In this document: positions 31,797 to 47,200 of the stretch, piece after piece | Layout: each line of letters starts with the position of its first letter | How positions within the stretch are numbered: the first letter of the stretch is position 1 | DNA from: Antedon mediterranea | Lineage: Eukaryota > Animalia > Echinodermata | Direction: 5' to 3' | Length of the DNA stretch: 64,000 nt | NCBI RefSeq assembly: GCF_964355755.1 | Contig: NC_092677.1 | Coordinates: 16,266,101 to 16,330,100 of the forward strand | Notes under the pieces: model-generated | Seen by the model: only the letters and a program-made list of their open reading frames with translations | Told to the model about the DNA's origin: nothing | Databases searched by the model: none | Made by a program: the position numbers and the translations under genes

Positions 31797-33239
31797 AGGA
31801 TAGGCCTACAGTAACTTAAAACATAAAAAAAAAACTAAAAATGTAAAGCTGTGTAAATAATGGAACGGACCTATTCGTAGATGGGCTGGCGGCACCCACG
31901 AACGAGTTAAGTTTTGTTTATGATATTAATTAATACACATTAATTACTTCCGTTAACAAATGTTGTTAATAGAGTAAATAAATCCCCTGTGGTGAATAAC
32001 TTATGGTAAGATTATAATACAACTTAGTCTTAGTTATATTAAAATTAACCTAAATATTAAAACAATCGACTATTAATATTACTATACATAATATTGCTTA
32101 GCCAAACTTGTTAAACATGTTAAAAAACGATAGCACCTCAATAACCTTAAAATGCAACAAGCAATTAATTCACCACGTAATTAGCATAATCTCCTGCTAA
32201 AACGATGAAACACTTTGTTATGGCATATCCATACCATACCATATATAAAAAATGCTATATTTATTTGTTTTGTAATACCCCACTGAATAGAGACTGAACT
32301 ACACAGAGAATGTAGCCCGGTGTTTATGTACGTACAGTAGACCCGAGTATCACAAGTACGATACGTAGGGCCTATACAGTGAACCGAACACTAAATACAA
32401 TCACGAGATACGCACGTACTGTAGGGCTACGTAGCGATAAGTAATAATCGTGCATATGTGAGATACCATAGGTACGAGATATGTAGCGATGTCGTACGAA
32501 GCTAACAAAAAGAATCTATCGTACACAACTTCAATGTGTTTGCATACTACACTAGATCCGTTGCCCATTTATATTATAATAAAATTCAATCCATTAAAAC
32601 CCTGTCAGGCGAGCATAAGGAAAATTGATTGATAAATCAATCTACAGCTCAGTAAAGCAATAAATACAATGAATAAAAGTGAATATTGCTTCCACAAATA
32701 CAAAATGAATGTTTGCAAAGATTTAGAAAAGATACATGACTCGAATACATAATGGTAGCAATGACGTACTCTGTAAGCCTACGTGCCGAACATTGTAGAC
32801 GTATAGGTTTGCGGATCATTTGTTTCTAAAAGAAAGTTTTAAGGGAATGAGACATTTTGTAAATCGTACGGTACACTATTTCTTTTTAAAAACATATCAT
32901 GTAGCCTACCGCAAACCACCTAAATTTACTTATATTTATTCGCCATGCAAACCTTTGAATAGTTGAAGTAGGCAACGTTGTTCATTTTCTCTGTGTCTCA
33001 TGTAATGACGAATGTTAGATATTTCTCTTAGCACCCGATTCTCAGTACTGTATCTCCACATACTATCTATTTTCATAGGAATATTTGGTAATACAGTATC
33101 TCGTTGTATTACGTTGTTTTATTATCAAATATTATGATACTTCGGAAATAGATACAGTGCAGAATATTTCACTTAAGTGAGTAAGAATTTCGCTTTAGTC
33201 CTACAGTATTACATGTTTTAAATATGTCATACGCATCAC

Positions 33240-33392
33240 GTCCAACAGCAAGATAACTCACCAGTTAGAGGATGGTTTGGAAGAGAAATTGTGACTTACA
33301 ACTCTGACACGTCAGATCAGGATAGAACCCTGAACCTTAGGATTTAAAGGCAAGCACAGCAGGTTAACCACAAGGCTACATCTCCGCCATAG
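33240..33392 (-). mobile_element. tRNA-derived SINE head, degenerate
   Basis: Minus strand has TAGCCTTGTGGTTAA (A box-like) and GGGTTCTATCCT (B box-like). Confidence 0.4.
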
Positions 33393-33574
33393 CCAACTTG
33401 TGTGATTTTAAGATTTTTATCAAATCAGAGTAATTTAATTACCTAATATTCTGTTCCATATCAATAATAATAAAAAGGACGTTATAGTAATCGATTACCT
33501 CTAAAAACATGGAAGAGAAGATGGAATGCCGAATCAGAGTTTATATTCTATTCAAATGTAAATTAAATTATTAA

Positions 33575-34121
33575 AGATGTATTGTCCCTTGAAACACAAA
33601 AAAATGAAGGTCAAAATATTCTAAATTTAAAGTGGCCATATCAAAGTAATATTAAAGTTATTCACTTTAAGTCGAAAATTCGAGCCAAAAACAACAAGTT
33701 TACGTAATTAACAGGTAAATTAGTTTAATTACATTTCATCTGGAAAATCGTCACGAGCAAAAGTAAACAAAGATTTCAAACCATGAGTACGCATTATGCA
33801 TATGCTAAATTAGGATTGTTTACAACTCGTCACGGTTAAGAAGGTATTTTCACACAGATCATGAGGAAGTTTTATGATTATGCATACAGAGTAGCCAAAC
33901 AAGTGCGTTTCATTATGGGATATGTTTTGATTGAAAACTTTGACTGGAAGTCAAAGTTATTTTTTTAACAAAAAAACGTCTGTATTTCAGTTAAATTTTT
34001 TTTTTTCTAAAAAGTTTTGGTGATAGTTAATAACTATTATGATACTTCAAAATGACCCACCTTTTTTCGAAATCTTTTATTTTTTTTTTTTTTTGGAATT
34101 AGTCAAAGGGACAATACTTCT
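33575..34121. mobile_element. Non-autonomous TTAA-TSD element (Kolobok-like), same TIR family as 19077-19392
   Basis: TTAA|AGATGTATTGTCCCTTGA ... TCAAAGGGACAATACTTCT|TTAA. Confidence 0.75.
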
Positions 34122-35291
34122 TTAAGATGTCATACTCTATCGGACCTACAATACAATCACATCATATCAATATACCACCAATACAACAAACAACCAGTTA
34201 AACAAACATTGCGTATTAGAAAAGTACACCATCTTAATCAAACTTGGTACCTAAATCACCACATCTATTTATTTTTAAACTGTAGACAAAAATGTAAAAG
34301 AAATTCAGAACATAAGGACACACATTATACAAGTAAAAAAATAAGAAGCCGCCTTCTCCATGTTCTAAAGCTACGTTCACACCGAGACCTGATTCCGATG
34401 ACGAGGCCAGATAAAACATCGTGAAAATGTTATAAGAATAAAATCCGTTTACACTATACCTACACATTCCTGATTCCGTACAAAACATTTGTGATCGGAA
34501 AAACGTAACACAATCCAGAGTATTTTTCTCCGGCTCTACTGGAGTGAATCCGGACTGAGCCTAAACGTATATTTAAGCACTTCCAACGTACACGGTGGCG
34601 GAGAACACGAAATAAAAAATGGTTAAAGATGATCCAGCACCAGATCCAAACAGAATGCCATTTAATATTAAAAGTGTTTTCAAAAGCTAAACTGTCTAGC
34701 ACCACAAAATACCAAGGTGATTGTTATAAATAATCGTGCTAACTACAAATTACGCTTTCATAAAACTTCACTATATTAATTTCTTAACCAAAAACCCTGT
34801 TAATATATTAAAATATACAATATACAAGATAGGCCCCATATGGCCAAGTATTTACGATTATGGGATTTATAAGGCTACAATGACGTTTTCATTACAAAAT
34901 TAGGTTTGGTTTTCTAACTTACTGTAGGTAGTATATTAATTCACCAATACGGAATGGCACAATTCTAAATGTAATATTTTTGAAGGCGTCTATCTTCCCC
35001 TTTGAAATCCAACATGTTCTTTTATTGAATAAAACATTAACCATTCAACTATGAACCTCACAAAACGCAAGGAGCTTTAACACCAAGAAACCAAATCGGC
35101 TTGTCATCATTCCTTTAACCAATACACTCTGTAAATACGCACATAAGCCTGCTGTCGTTATATTAACACGTGCGTTTAGACAGCATCTTCTCATCAACGG
35201 TCAATGTAAACAGTCAAAATCTTGACCATCAACCATCTTCATGACTTTATTTCCATTTTCAACTGGAATGCAACATTATAAACATTCTCCC

Positions 35292-38200
35292 TCAATACGT
35301 CCGCCTTTCCTGCACAACTACGAACATTATCTTTTGAAAGAAATGTGTAAAAATACCTGGAAAAGAAAAACATAATATGTTTCCGATGATTACAAATTTC
35401 TGACAAATTAATTTAACCATCATAGGAAATTTGTAATAATAATAATTACAATACGTAGAGAAAATACGAATGGACACTATGAAGATCAATGCGAAAAGTA
35501 TTGTGCTAAAAATCAGTCTCAGAAAATGTTATTTTCTTGGTTTTTATGGATTCGACAAAGCTACAGTTCCCCATAACAAGGCAATCTAACAACAGGACAC
35601 TGAGCTCGCCTTGCCAAGATAAGAACTCGTAACAGTCCTTTGAACTTATGTCTGGCTGCGACAACCAACAGTACAATACTATGTACATGTTCTCCGCGGC
35701 GCGCGGTGTCTGTTAAGAGGCGTGGAACTGGTCGTGTCGCAGCCACAGATAAACACTTTTGTCTTCGAAGCTCAGCATCCTGCTGTTAGATTGTCTGCCC
35801 ATAAACGAATGAGATGGAAGAATATCTTTCTAAGATAATTTATCTTTACTCTTTTCCCAAAATGATCACCTAAATGGGTTTTACATAAGTAATTAACTTT
35901 TATAAAAACTACAAAATAACCCATTCAAAGTCTGATTTAATTAATCTTAATTTTTCATGTTTTTTGGGGGTCAATACATCTTTAAAGAAAATAGCATTCA
36001 TTATAAAAAAATAAAATTCAATCATTGCAGATAAAGTAACTGAGAAACGGGAAAACGGATTAGGAACAGTGGAATATACATTAATGTTCTGATAAATGGA
36101 TAAATATTGGAAATAATGCAATAATTTTAACATACATTATCTGAGATTACATATTACTATAAAACATGCCATTGACCAATGTAAAGAAAAATGAGGCTGT
36201 AATGTTGTGCATAAAGATTTATAAGAAAACGTTTTTGTAGATCGATGGAATGTAATTGTATCCATGTTTCAAAATCCACACTATTGTTTGTCTTGAAAAA
36301 CAGAATTTAGCATAGTATCTTGGCAAGTAGGCCATTGTTGTTTTCTCTTCAAAAGGGACGAATAATTTAAGTGTTTTCATATAGTTATCCACTGCTGTGT
36401 CGAATAGGAGACTCCTTTTAAACTAATCAACCAATACTACTGTAAGTATATAAATAATAATAATAATAAACAGTATTTATATAGCGCCTAATGGATCACT
36501 GACCCCTCTATTATTATATAATAATGTAGTTATTTTTTAAAAACTACATTAGATAAGTAAAAAAACTCGGCCTTTCAAGAATACGGAACTTTAAACAGGA
36601 ATTGTGAAATAACGATTTTAGTGTCATTATACTTACGACGTAGTTTGTAATAGATCCTTGGTTTTCCTCGCCATTTTACTCCGACAAAATATACAGGTAT
36701 ACCCAGAAGCATGATGACCAAGCCAATACCACAGGCATATGGATTATCTACAAGAGCTACGATGACGACAAACAGGGAACACAGGATGAATATAAAAGGC
36801 AGAACCATCGGAACCTGTTATAAGAAACATTTATTATTGTTTTATTACTGTTGATAGAAATCATCGAGAAGGGGCGGGGGGGGGATGGAGAAGAAGGTGT
36901 GGATCTAGAAATACTGATTGGTGGGGTGGGGAGGTAGTGTGGGCATAAGTAAAAAAAACGTGTCTAATAACACCATTATAAATCGATTGTAAGATCTTTA
37001 AAAAGTGGGTTTAGTGTGTTGGTGGAGTCTCTCTGGACCAGTTACTTAGAAGGGGTTTCATGATGGTCGAGCAGATCTACTAATACTATAATAGTCAAAG
37101 AATTGCTTTCGTTACCGCTACCCTCCTAGTGACGTAGCGATACGTGCAGTGCCATTTATTTTGCTATCCGAATTAGTTCACCGTCCGTCTTCACATAAAG
37201 TTTCGGAAATACTTTTATTATAAAACGCCAGGAAACATAAACCTTTATATTGTTTAAAACTCCTACAACAAAGGTGAATGTCCATCCTGTTATGTGAAAA
37301 CTGAATGGATAAAACATAACGGCCATACGAACTTGTGGATAATCTTAGGTTGACATAACGTTCATCCGGATTGAACATTTCAATGAATAATTCCCTGTTG
37401 ACGTTAAATACGTGTTTAAAAATGATGAGGATAATGTTATTGAACCATGGTGTTATTCCCGCTTGTCGTGTTATTGTAGGATATGGTAATTCATCGAATC
37501 ATTATTATAAAATCATCTTAATAATCGTTTAAACAATGATTACATCTTAATATAAAATAATGTCATTGACCAACGTAAAGCTTGATAATGTTGTTGTTTA
37601 CAAACTTGAACATTTGAACGCGGAAGGTCGATGCCTTGAATATAGTGCATCAAGTTTTACCATCAAACTATCAGAAGATAACGTTTTCTAAATACACAAC
37701 AGTGTTTGGCATTGGTTTTTATAATAATGGTAGAACCACTTGATTGATACCAAAAGATTTATTTAGATTTGTTTTCCTATTTTGGTATATATTTCCACTT
37801 TCTGATGCTAAGCTCAGATTTGTTTTATGTTGCTTTGCCTTGTGAGGACCCTCACTATATAATATATTGAATAATAATTTAAAAAAAACTATAAAGTGGA
37901 CATCTTCCCTTTAATAAATAATTGTTCCCTGAAAAGTAGTGTTATTAGTATTAACAATTACATCACATGCGGTTCTGCAGCTGTCACTAGGTAGACATTA
38001 ACTGACTATTGAAAGTCATCTAGATACGAGTCTTAGGTTATTGTTGCCTTTCGTTCGTTTCACGAGAAGCTCAAACAAAGTGTCCCTGGGTTTTCTCGTA
38101 TTGTTGAAACACCTATACTGTTCGTTCACAAAAAAAGTGTTCTTTTAAAGTAGTGTCTCCTGAATAGCGGTGTCCTAAAGAAGAAGCTCTAGCTTAGGTA

Positions 38201-41200
38201 ACATAGATGCACTTGATGTTATGGTGTATATAGCGTCAGAAGATACACGTTTCGTACGCCAGAAACCAGTTTGATTATTTTATGTAAAATAGATGCACAA
38301 GATTTAATTTTTTTTTTATTTAATTTTTTTATTTTTTTAATAATAAGCGATATTCGTTTTGCATAAAATCCGACTATGTTGCTCACGTGCTACTCAATTG
38401 TTCCATATAAAATGTGTTCAACATAAACAAAAACAATATTATTTAGTAATTGTGTAACTTTTAAAAACACAGTAGTGGTGTAAACAATAACATAATTAGT
38501 AACATAATTTAACGTGTTTATAAATCTCTGCAGAAACAATACGGTACGGTTAGGCCTTAACAGATAATAACCTATCTAACCTTATGAAATCACTTAATGG
38601 ATTATGAGTCATTTGAAAACAGGTACAAGGTAGTCTACCTCCTTAAACTGTCTATAACCCACCTTAAACGGCCGATGTAGATGAGGATACTTATAACGAT
38701 AGTACGGTATAATGGCAGTTGTAAGTGCAATAAACAACCATCTTGAAAAACTTAAATACGTTATTAGCGTTCCAACGTCACACATCAACATAACCAAGCA
38801 TATTGGCAACTGAAAAGAAAGAAACAGTAATTACAGGTACAGTTCACTGACAAGCGTTCAATGGCTTACGAATCATAATCATGATTATCAGATTTTCTCT
38901 CGACAAAACACCTTAACATCTGGGATTGCTTGAAATACGTCTAATACCCCTCTCTCATATTGTCTAGAGAGATTACACACTGAGGTGTGTGCCTACAACG
39001 GAGTTTTGCTAGGCAATGTGGACTAGTTACAATAATTGATACTTTTTACCTCTCTCTATCTCTCTCTCTCCTTGTATGTATGTATTTTACAATAAATAGT
39101 AATAAATAGTCGTAACCAATATCAAAGACACTTCCTCAACTGTAAGGTCACAAACTACATTTTTTCGTAAAAATAAATCCTGTATAAGTTGGGATATATT
39201 TTCGTCTTTAAACGGTTAACAAATGTGAACAAAATTAGTCAATTCTAATAATCAAGCGGCATACTATAATAATACATGCATCGCGCAAGGATTGCCCATT
39301 AAAGCGTGGTTCCCACAAGGACGTAACGCAACGCAAGTGAATTGACCAATCACAAGGGATGGCTTATTCGCTTGTGATTACTAACTGTCTATAACTTCGC
39401 TTGTCATTGGTCAACACGCTTATGTTGCGTTTACGTCCTTGCGTTACGTTCTAGTGGGAACCAAGCTTTAGTTTTGCTTTTGTGATGCATTTTGGTGCGA
39501 TATAGGCCTAGAGTCGATCGTAGAAGAACATATGAAGAAAAATTTGCCAGAATTTTCCTCACTAAAAAAGACAATTAGAGATACTATTTTCAATAGAACA
39601 TGAACCAAATCAGATGGATAGTTATCATTACTAATTGTTATGAAAAGTGGTAAAAAAGAATACCAAATGCTTGGTAAATTGTAAATAACAGTCCGATGAA
39701 TTCTACTACAAATAGTATAATTGTGTTGTAAACATAATACAAAATGCGATTATTATTCTAAGTGATGTTTTATTGAGGAGGCTTTTATTTAAATAAATAC
39801 CATCCTAATTGGTATAATTAATACGTTATTTAGTTTAAACATCTTTTGAAACTAACTTTCGCGGCAAAGTGGCCGTTTCGGTCTAAGAAGAAAGACGTTT
39901 TAGACGGCTTGCAACATGGGCAGAAGTATCTCATTGTCCAAACGGGATACAGATAGCCCACAGTTATTTCTGCCAGCTTACTCAATAACTCGGGTATCGA
40001 TTTCAAACAAAAGGTCTTATCATCAGTTCAATATTATCCATTGTTTTCTCTTTTTAAAATTTATGATTCTCCATAGAACGTACATTTAAAACATGAAATG
40101 GCCTGATTTCATTCATTTATTCATTCATTATTTTAGATGATAACCATTATTTGTTATTGTCACAAAACGTGAACAATTGTAGAGAAAGTGTCTTTTAGAT
40201 GCTACTGAACTTCAGAAATTGTTATGTTTGAATTTGAGAAAAATTAAAACATATTAGAAGAATATATGTTTGTTTGTGTTTTCCAATAGTAATACAAGAA
40301 ACTTTAAACACTTCATGTTAACATATCCAGCATCTTATAGGAGGATGTGTGTTGTATTATAGAAGTGTTGTGTTATGCATATACCACACCAGAACAAACT
40401 TCAAAAAGGTTAACATGATCTATGATGTTATCGAGTTCATGTGATCGTAAGATCATTTGCATCCGTTACATTATTGTTAAGGCTTTACTCTGAGTGCGTA
40501 CATTTTGTCGTAATATGGTTGTGCTGCGTCGACACACGCCTTCACATCGTCATCGAGTTCTGCTCGGTTAGGTTCGGGTTTTGGAGTGGAGAAACTGGTA
40601 CTTGAAAATGCAGTTTGGTAATAGTCACAAGCTTTATTTCCTTTCATGAGCATTGTAGATGACTTCCACCTCTGTACAACCTCATCAGTGGGTTCCCAGC
40701 TTAGTAGTTTATCGGTGTACTGTATTCCCATTCTTTCACAAAATTGTTTCAGAATTGATTTAGGATTTACAAGAAGATCGTCAGCATCTATAATTACTGG
40801 ATTTTTTTCAATACCAGATGAAACCAAATGTTCGTATAGTTCTAAGCTTTCTCCAAATCCATATTTTGCTGGCATCCATCCGCTTGTATCAAATAAATTT
40901 TTACCACTTTCCTTTGGAAATTTGCTCATCATATTTTTCCATGATGGAAACAGTTTGGTAGGATTACGTATTAGAAATGCATGGCAGTACCCTTTAGGCA
41001 GCATATCTATTTTTTCTGTAATTCCAAATGACATATCTCGAGCAAAAACCACCTTCTTATCTAGATATTCACCTTCTAAAACGTCTTCCTTAATGAACTT
41101 GTAAGTGGCAGTGTCCGACTTCCAACCTGCTTGGTAGTCCATCTCAACAGCGTTGGCAAGTTCATGAAACTTGTCACTGTCTTTGTTTATATCATCTACA

Positions 41201-44200
41201 GCAAATGGGTGTCTGTCTGGTCCACAGAAATATACACTAACATAAGGTTCATTTATAATCTGCACGCCATCTAGATAGCTCATACATTTGGTGAAGGCCG
41301 TGGATACACTACGTGGAATGCACCAAAGCATCACCCGAACTTGACCATTTTCACCCATCTTTGTACGTGTAGAACAGAGAGGATTTTAACCGATATCAAA
41401 CGTTGTAGTGAATTATAATATTATTGCCTGCACTTTTTAAAGGAGCAATACAAATCAGATCTTATCGAACTAAACATACCCAACTGCTGAATTATAAACA
41501 ACCTGCATAATTATTAATTTATTATTTTAATTATTAATTTTTTTTTGGAACGTGCTATGAGCTTTTCTGAAATTTCTTATAATGATGTTATATACTATTA
41601 TTGTTAAGAATGATTGGAAATATTATTACAACCACCACCTGCATTAAACAATAGTTAACAACGATCGGAACAATTATCAGTTCTAGATATTGCAAGAATA
41701 CAATCAAAATGGTTGAGACTGTTCCCTATCGTTTTGAAAGTGCGATTTCAGTTTACTTCTCAATACCAAATCACCGGCTTTTTAATATTACTTAGTTTTA
41801 AAGAATAGAATCGTTCACGCCAACTCAACGCCATGTAGTCTGCTCTATGAACGTAATTACAGGTTGTAAAATATTATAGGCCAAATAATAAAATACATGT
41901 TTCTCGTCCGGAATATTAAAAGAATATAGGAGACGGTCCCGGATTTTTTACTTGGTTTTAGACTACTATGCCTATATTTTTGTTTTAACAGTTAAAAGAA
42001 ACTTTTTATTTTGTTTGGGAGAATAAAGCAAAAGCAGTTTATGTCGTGCATAGATAAAGAAACAACATGTAAAAAAAGTCCAATTAAAAAGATCGATAAC
42101 CTTACCGTTAGCATACACGCAGGAAGAGGAGTTTTACGAGATATGTGAATCATTGACATCACTTCCGGTAGATTTCCATCACGTGATGCAACGAAGAACA
42201 TTCTAAAAACAGAAGTCAAGATAGTTAAGAAGTTGTCTGAAGTGAAAAATCGAGGCTTTATTTATTAAATCATATTTAGAATGAACTTTTATCATTTAAG
42301 AAAAAAAAAACAGCAAATACGTAAAATATTTGTTTAGGTTGAAAACTGACATAAGCTAAACCATTGAATCCAAACAATTTTTGTTTTTATTTGTTTGTTT
42401 ATTATTTGATCATACTCATAATATAATTTAAAAAATATTGAATTGAGAAGAACATAAGTAATAATAAGTAAAATTTCTCAAGTAAAGTCATGTTAATGCG
42501 TACGGATGGAGACCAAAATAAGTTTGAGGCATGGTGACCAGAACAAAAAATGTAAAAAAATTGTATAATAAAAATAAATGATGAAGAAGAATTATGTTAT
42601 TTAAAAAAAATGTTATTTTCTTAAGTAGGCTTTTTCAACAGACTACAGAACAAATGGAGTATAGCAACACAACATGGAAATACCTTAATGCGACACATTC
42701 AAACAATGGTAAAGTAAAAACAAAATTCCAGCAAAAACAGTGTTTATTACTCAGACCTCAGATCAATTTATGCTAATCAAATTTTCAAATAAAAATGTTC
42801 TCTTAGCATGCGGACAGATCAAGTGGTATGATATCTGCGATTACACTAAATTTGGAAATCGGAGTAATAAGTCAGCAAAATGTATTAAGGAGCGTAACCT
42901 CTATCATAACTTGAATGTTAATTAAATATCTATCTATTGATATTCAAGATCAGAATTTACTTTAGAAAAATCCATAATCTGGTAATTCTACCTCTTTAAG
43001 CAGAAAGCGAACGAGCGCTACCATTATTATACTCCAATATTATACAAATCCCACGAGATTTGGATGAAAATAAGAACGTCACAAAAAACTAAAATTTACA
43101 ATTTAACTAGTAGCCAACACTCTGGGAGTTTGCATATGTGAAATAGAATCGGCTTGTGACCTCTAATAATGATGAGTATTATCCGCCTGTTCTAAATAAA
43201 TTAATTCCCACAGAGACATATGGAGACGGCCTACTTTCATACAGACTTTACTCCCGACTATAACACGATCAATTCATGAAATAAACTAAAATCTAAACCA
43301 TATTTTCATATTTATTTAAATATATATCCTTAAAAAATTATTTCTTCAATATGTAAATTCAATTCAGTTAAGTTCAATTCGCAATGTAATTCCTTTGAAT
43401 AAAGTGAAGGAAACTTAGGCCTAGGCCTCGTCTTAACTTATACAGCATATACAGTAGACCGCATATATTTAGACACATCTGTTCAGAGGAAAATTGAAAC
43501 ATGTTTTAACACCACGTCCATTTTCAGGTGACATTTCTATTAAAGGCCAGGTGCGGGCAAAAAATTTCTATTGATCATACATTCCAATAATTATCGATCT
43601 ATAGTTTCCCCATGTTTCATAATTTTTGGGATTTTATTTGTGTTACAGGAGCTTTGTGAAAATTAGCACTTTCATATCAGTGGGGGGATAGTTCAAATTA
43701 CACAGTAAAATCTCTATTCTTTTGTACACAAATTTTGAAAATAGAGAGGCATTTTAAAAAGCTATAAAAAATAAACTGTGTGGTAAAAAATGTTATCAGA
43801 TGACTAAATATAGGTAATATAACTTGAATTTTACATTTCTGGTATTTTTATTCAACTTCAGAATTTTATTTTCATGCTATAGCAAAAATTATCCACCGTA
43901 TATCCACTATCTTTTTTCACCTTCTAGGGAGTCACCAGACATGTTATTACATTATGTTAACTACCTAACTACTGAAAAAAAGTCTTCCTGGTTTTTTTGG
44001 CAGAATTTTGCAAAATTTTGTATTTGACCATATTAGGGGAAATTCATGGTTTTTAATCTTGATTTCTGTTACAAATATTTGATTTATGTACAATTAACCC
44101 AATATTATATTTAAAATTCATGCCTGTACCTGAGCTTTAAGGGACACTTCCAGAGGTCATGAATTTATCCCTTTAATACTGTACTGCTCTATTTGTGAGT

Positions 44201-47200
44201 TGATTATTGGCCAGTGGAAACATGAGTTGTCCTGCATTTGTACATGGATATCTTTCATCAATAGTGTTACTAACAAAATAGTAAACTCACCTTTCTCGGT
44301 TACTTTTTGCATATAATAAAAAATTCCTGCGCACATGATAAACTCTTTATTTTTACATATCAAGTAAACTATAAGATCTTAATCATGAATGAAACGACAT
44401 TATGAGTAAAGATCTGCGCTGTCCACACTAACAGACTAGCTTGAACAAGTGTGATGTACCCTTAATAATGGTGTCATATATGGGTACATTACATTTTTTT
44501 TGTCATATAAAGTGTGATAGTTCAGACAGAGCTATAGATGAAAGAGTGTTATACCTGGTTGTTGTGAAAAGACCACCGTTAATTGAGCCTGCGCAGGATA
44601 GAACGACAAATACTGATATCACCCAACTAAAAATCTTGCGGCCGGTTATCGATTCGGCAAAGGCAATTTCGGCGAAGTCCTGTAAAATGAAAAATAGATT
44701 CACTTTAAATACAACATAAAAGATGAAAAAACAATTCTGTCTAAAATGAATATGCCATTTTAATGTCACATGATAGTTATCCACATGTTTACTGCAGCAA
44801 GGGGACACTTTGTACAGCCTGAAGGCGTTCATTTAGGAGTTCTATTCTGTTTACACTAGCCTATGTTAAAATGGTTTATTTTTGTGTGAATAAGATTAAC
44901 TGAAATATTGTTGAATAAACTAAAGAATCAAGAATTTGTCTTCATTATCTATAATTATGTTCATCACCATAGTTAATAAAACATCGGGGAAGAAGACTCA
45001 TCATAGTACAATCTAAACCTATTAGGAGACCAACAAAATATGGTTGTCCCCTGAATATGGATTGGCCATGTGTTTAGTTACAATTACGGGTCAATAGGGA
45101 TGTTCTATCTACACTATCACACTTTATGTTTGAAGTGCCATGATGATGTCATGTTAATACCATATTTGGGCACATCACATTTTTTTTCTAACTAGTTTGA
45201 TAGTGTAAACAGCGTTTACATGTTCTAAAGTTCTACACCATAGTAAATGTAATGTTGAGTAATATGAATGAAATATAAGACACGATTCGATGATGGTTAC
45301 TACTTCTTTTGCTTTATTACTAACAACTAACTATGGTGTGCCAAACGCGACACAACTAACTATGGTGTGCCAAACACGACACTACATCCCTCCATCTTTT
45401 ACATAAAAACTAAGCAGTAAACTTTAAACAATTTGGTTGTCAAGCATTGACAATCTGCGGTGTTATAGAAATGTTATTATGAGTTTAGGTTATCAAGTTT
45501 TGTAATTATCAGTGCTGATCATTATTAAAACTATCAGAGTTACGATTAACTTATGGAACATAGTCTTTGAGATAAACTGGTGGCTGTCGAACTCTTTGAG
45601 GATTGCGCCTTGCATTATTTGTTGTTATGGGATGTTTTCCGTGTACTAACCAATGCTACGGCGTCAGACGCCATCATCTCCTCTGGCGTTATAACAGCAA
45701 AGTATGCGATATTTGTTAATATATAAATAATTGTAGCAAATACCATAGATATTATTGTTGCAACTGGTATTGTTCTGTAAAGAAAAGAGTTGTATAGGTT
45801 AAAGTTTGAACTTTAACGATGGCTCTTGAGCTGTACGTCTATCATGTCTAGAATCTAAACATCGTGCAATATAGCGAGTCTTCTGACAGGAACATTGTCA
45901 CATGGGATATAGCCTCTCCTGACACAGGATATGGCATGCACGTGTTTCAGTCAGCAAACACAATACTGCACGGCTTTGATTGTCTCGAGACATTTTAAAA
46001 ATTTATTTTATTTCATCATCACCCCACACGTCACCATTAACAGGGTTGAAAGACATAACATATAATATAATGACATGCAGAAATCTAAAAATAACAAGAC
46101 AACATATTGACATATAGATCAATAATATAAATATTATGGTCCAATATTTACTATTTTCTTCCATTAAAAAAAAACTCCTTTCCATGTAGATATTTTAGAA
46201 AAATTCGGTGATTATTAATTACATCACCTCCATGATAACATTTATAATTCAATTACTGTCATTATAAATATATCTATATTAATTATGATCAAATAAATGA
46301 TTACGATGAAGCAATTTCATAACATACGGTTTAAAAAAGAACACCAGAACATTATGTCTTTAAAGTGGAATTGAAATACTAGATTATCGATTCTTAGTTA
46401 TTGTGTAGAGATATAACAAATACAATTAAAGAATTAGCAGTAGCTGTTAGTGGTATAGTAATATTATTAACATAGGTAAATGGGATCTAAAAAGAAAGTA
46501 CATTTTGTTTTTAAAATACATTAACAAAAATTGCAGTTACGGTAATGAGAAATATGTTTCATTTGATTAGCGGTAGCCTCTGATGTAAAGATGAAACGAG
46601 AGAATGGCTCATCCACTGTATCCACTACTGACGTATTTGAGCTTTTGACGGCGACCAACGAAATTATTACGTCATCAACTTGTGCATGTGCAACCCTTGA
46701 ACGTATTTTTTTCTAAAAAACTTTCTCTGAAAATCCGAGATTCAATTCAATTCAAAATAACATTTATTCCTGTCCTTTTAAAGATTCAAACAATAATAGA
46801 ATAAATAATAAATAACATATATAAATAACAATAAATCTGGGGAAAAGGGAAGAAGGCAGCATCCCAGAAAGATACAGGATTCTGAGTCGGGTCTTTCTGG
46901 GACAAAACACGAAGGGACAAAGACAATTAGCGGGCCACGGAAAAGAAACACAACAGAAAAAACCAGGACACATTAAACACTACGGATTCCAAGATTGCAA
47001 GAACTAAATAGGACCCTCTAAATATTCTCTAAGCTCACATTTTATAAACTCTTATCTAGTCTATAACTAGTATAACATTCAGCGAAAAACTGGCTTTCAT
47101 GCAGAAAATCCTAAATCTTTTATAACGCATATTCAGTATCTGCTAATCTAACACTAGGCGCTCTTTTCGTAATTTAATTCCATATTGTGTTTGTAATATT

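Noticed and set aside
40646-41104. 152-aa plus-strand ORF
   Set aside because: Antisense shadow of the real 40477-41358 ORF. The same applies to 3953-4255, 10802-10996 and 11446-11637 over HYDIN exons.
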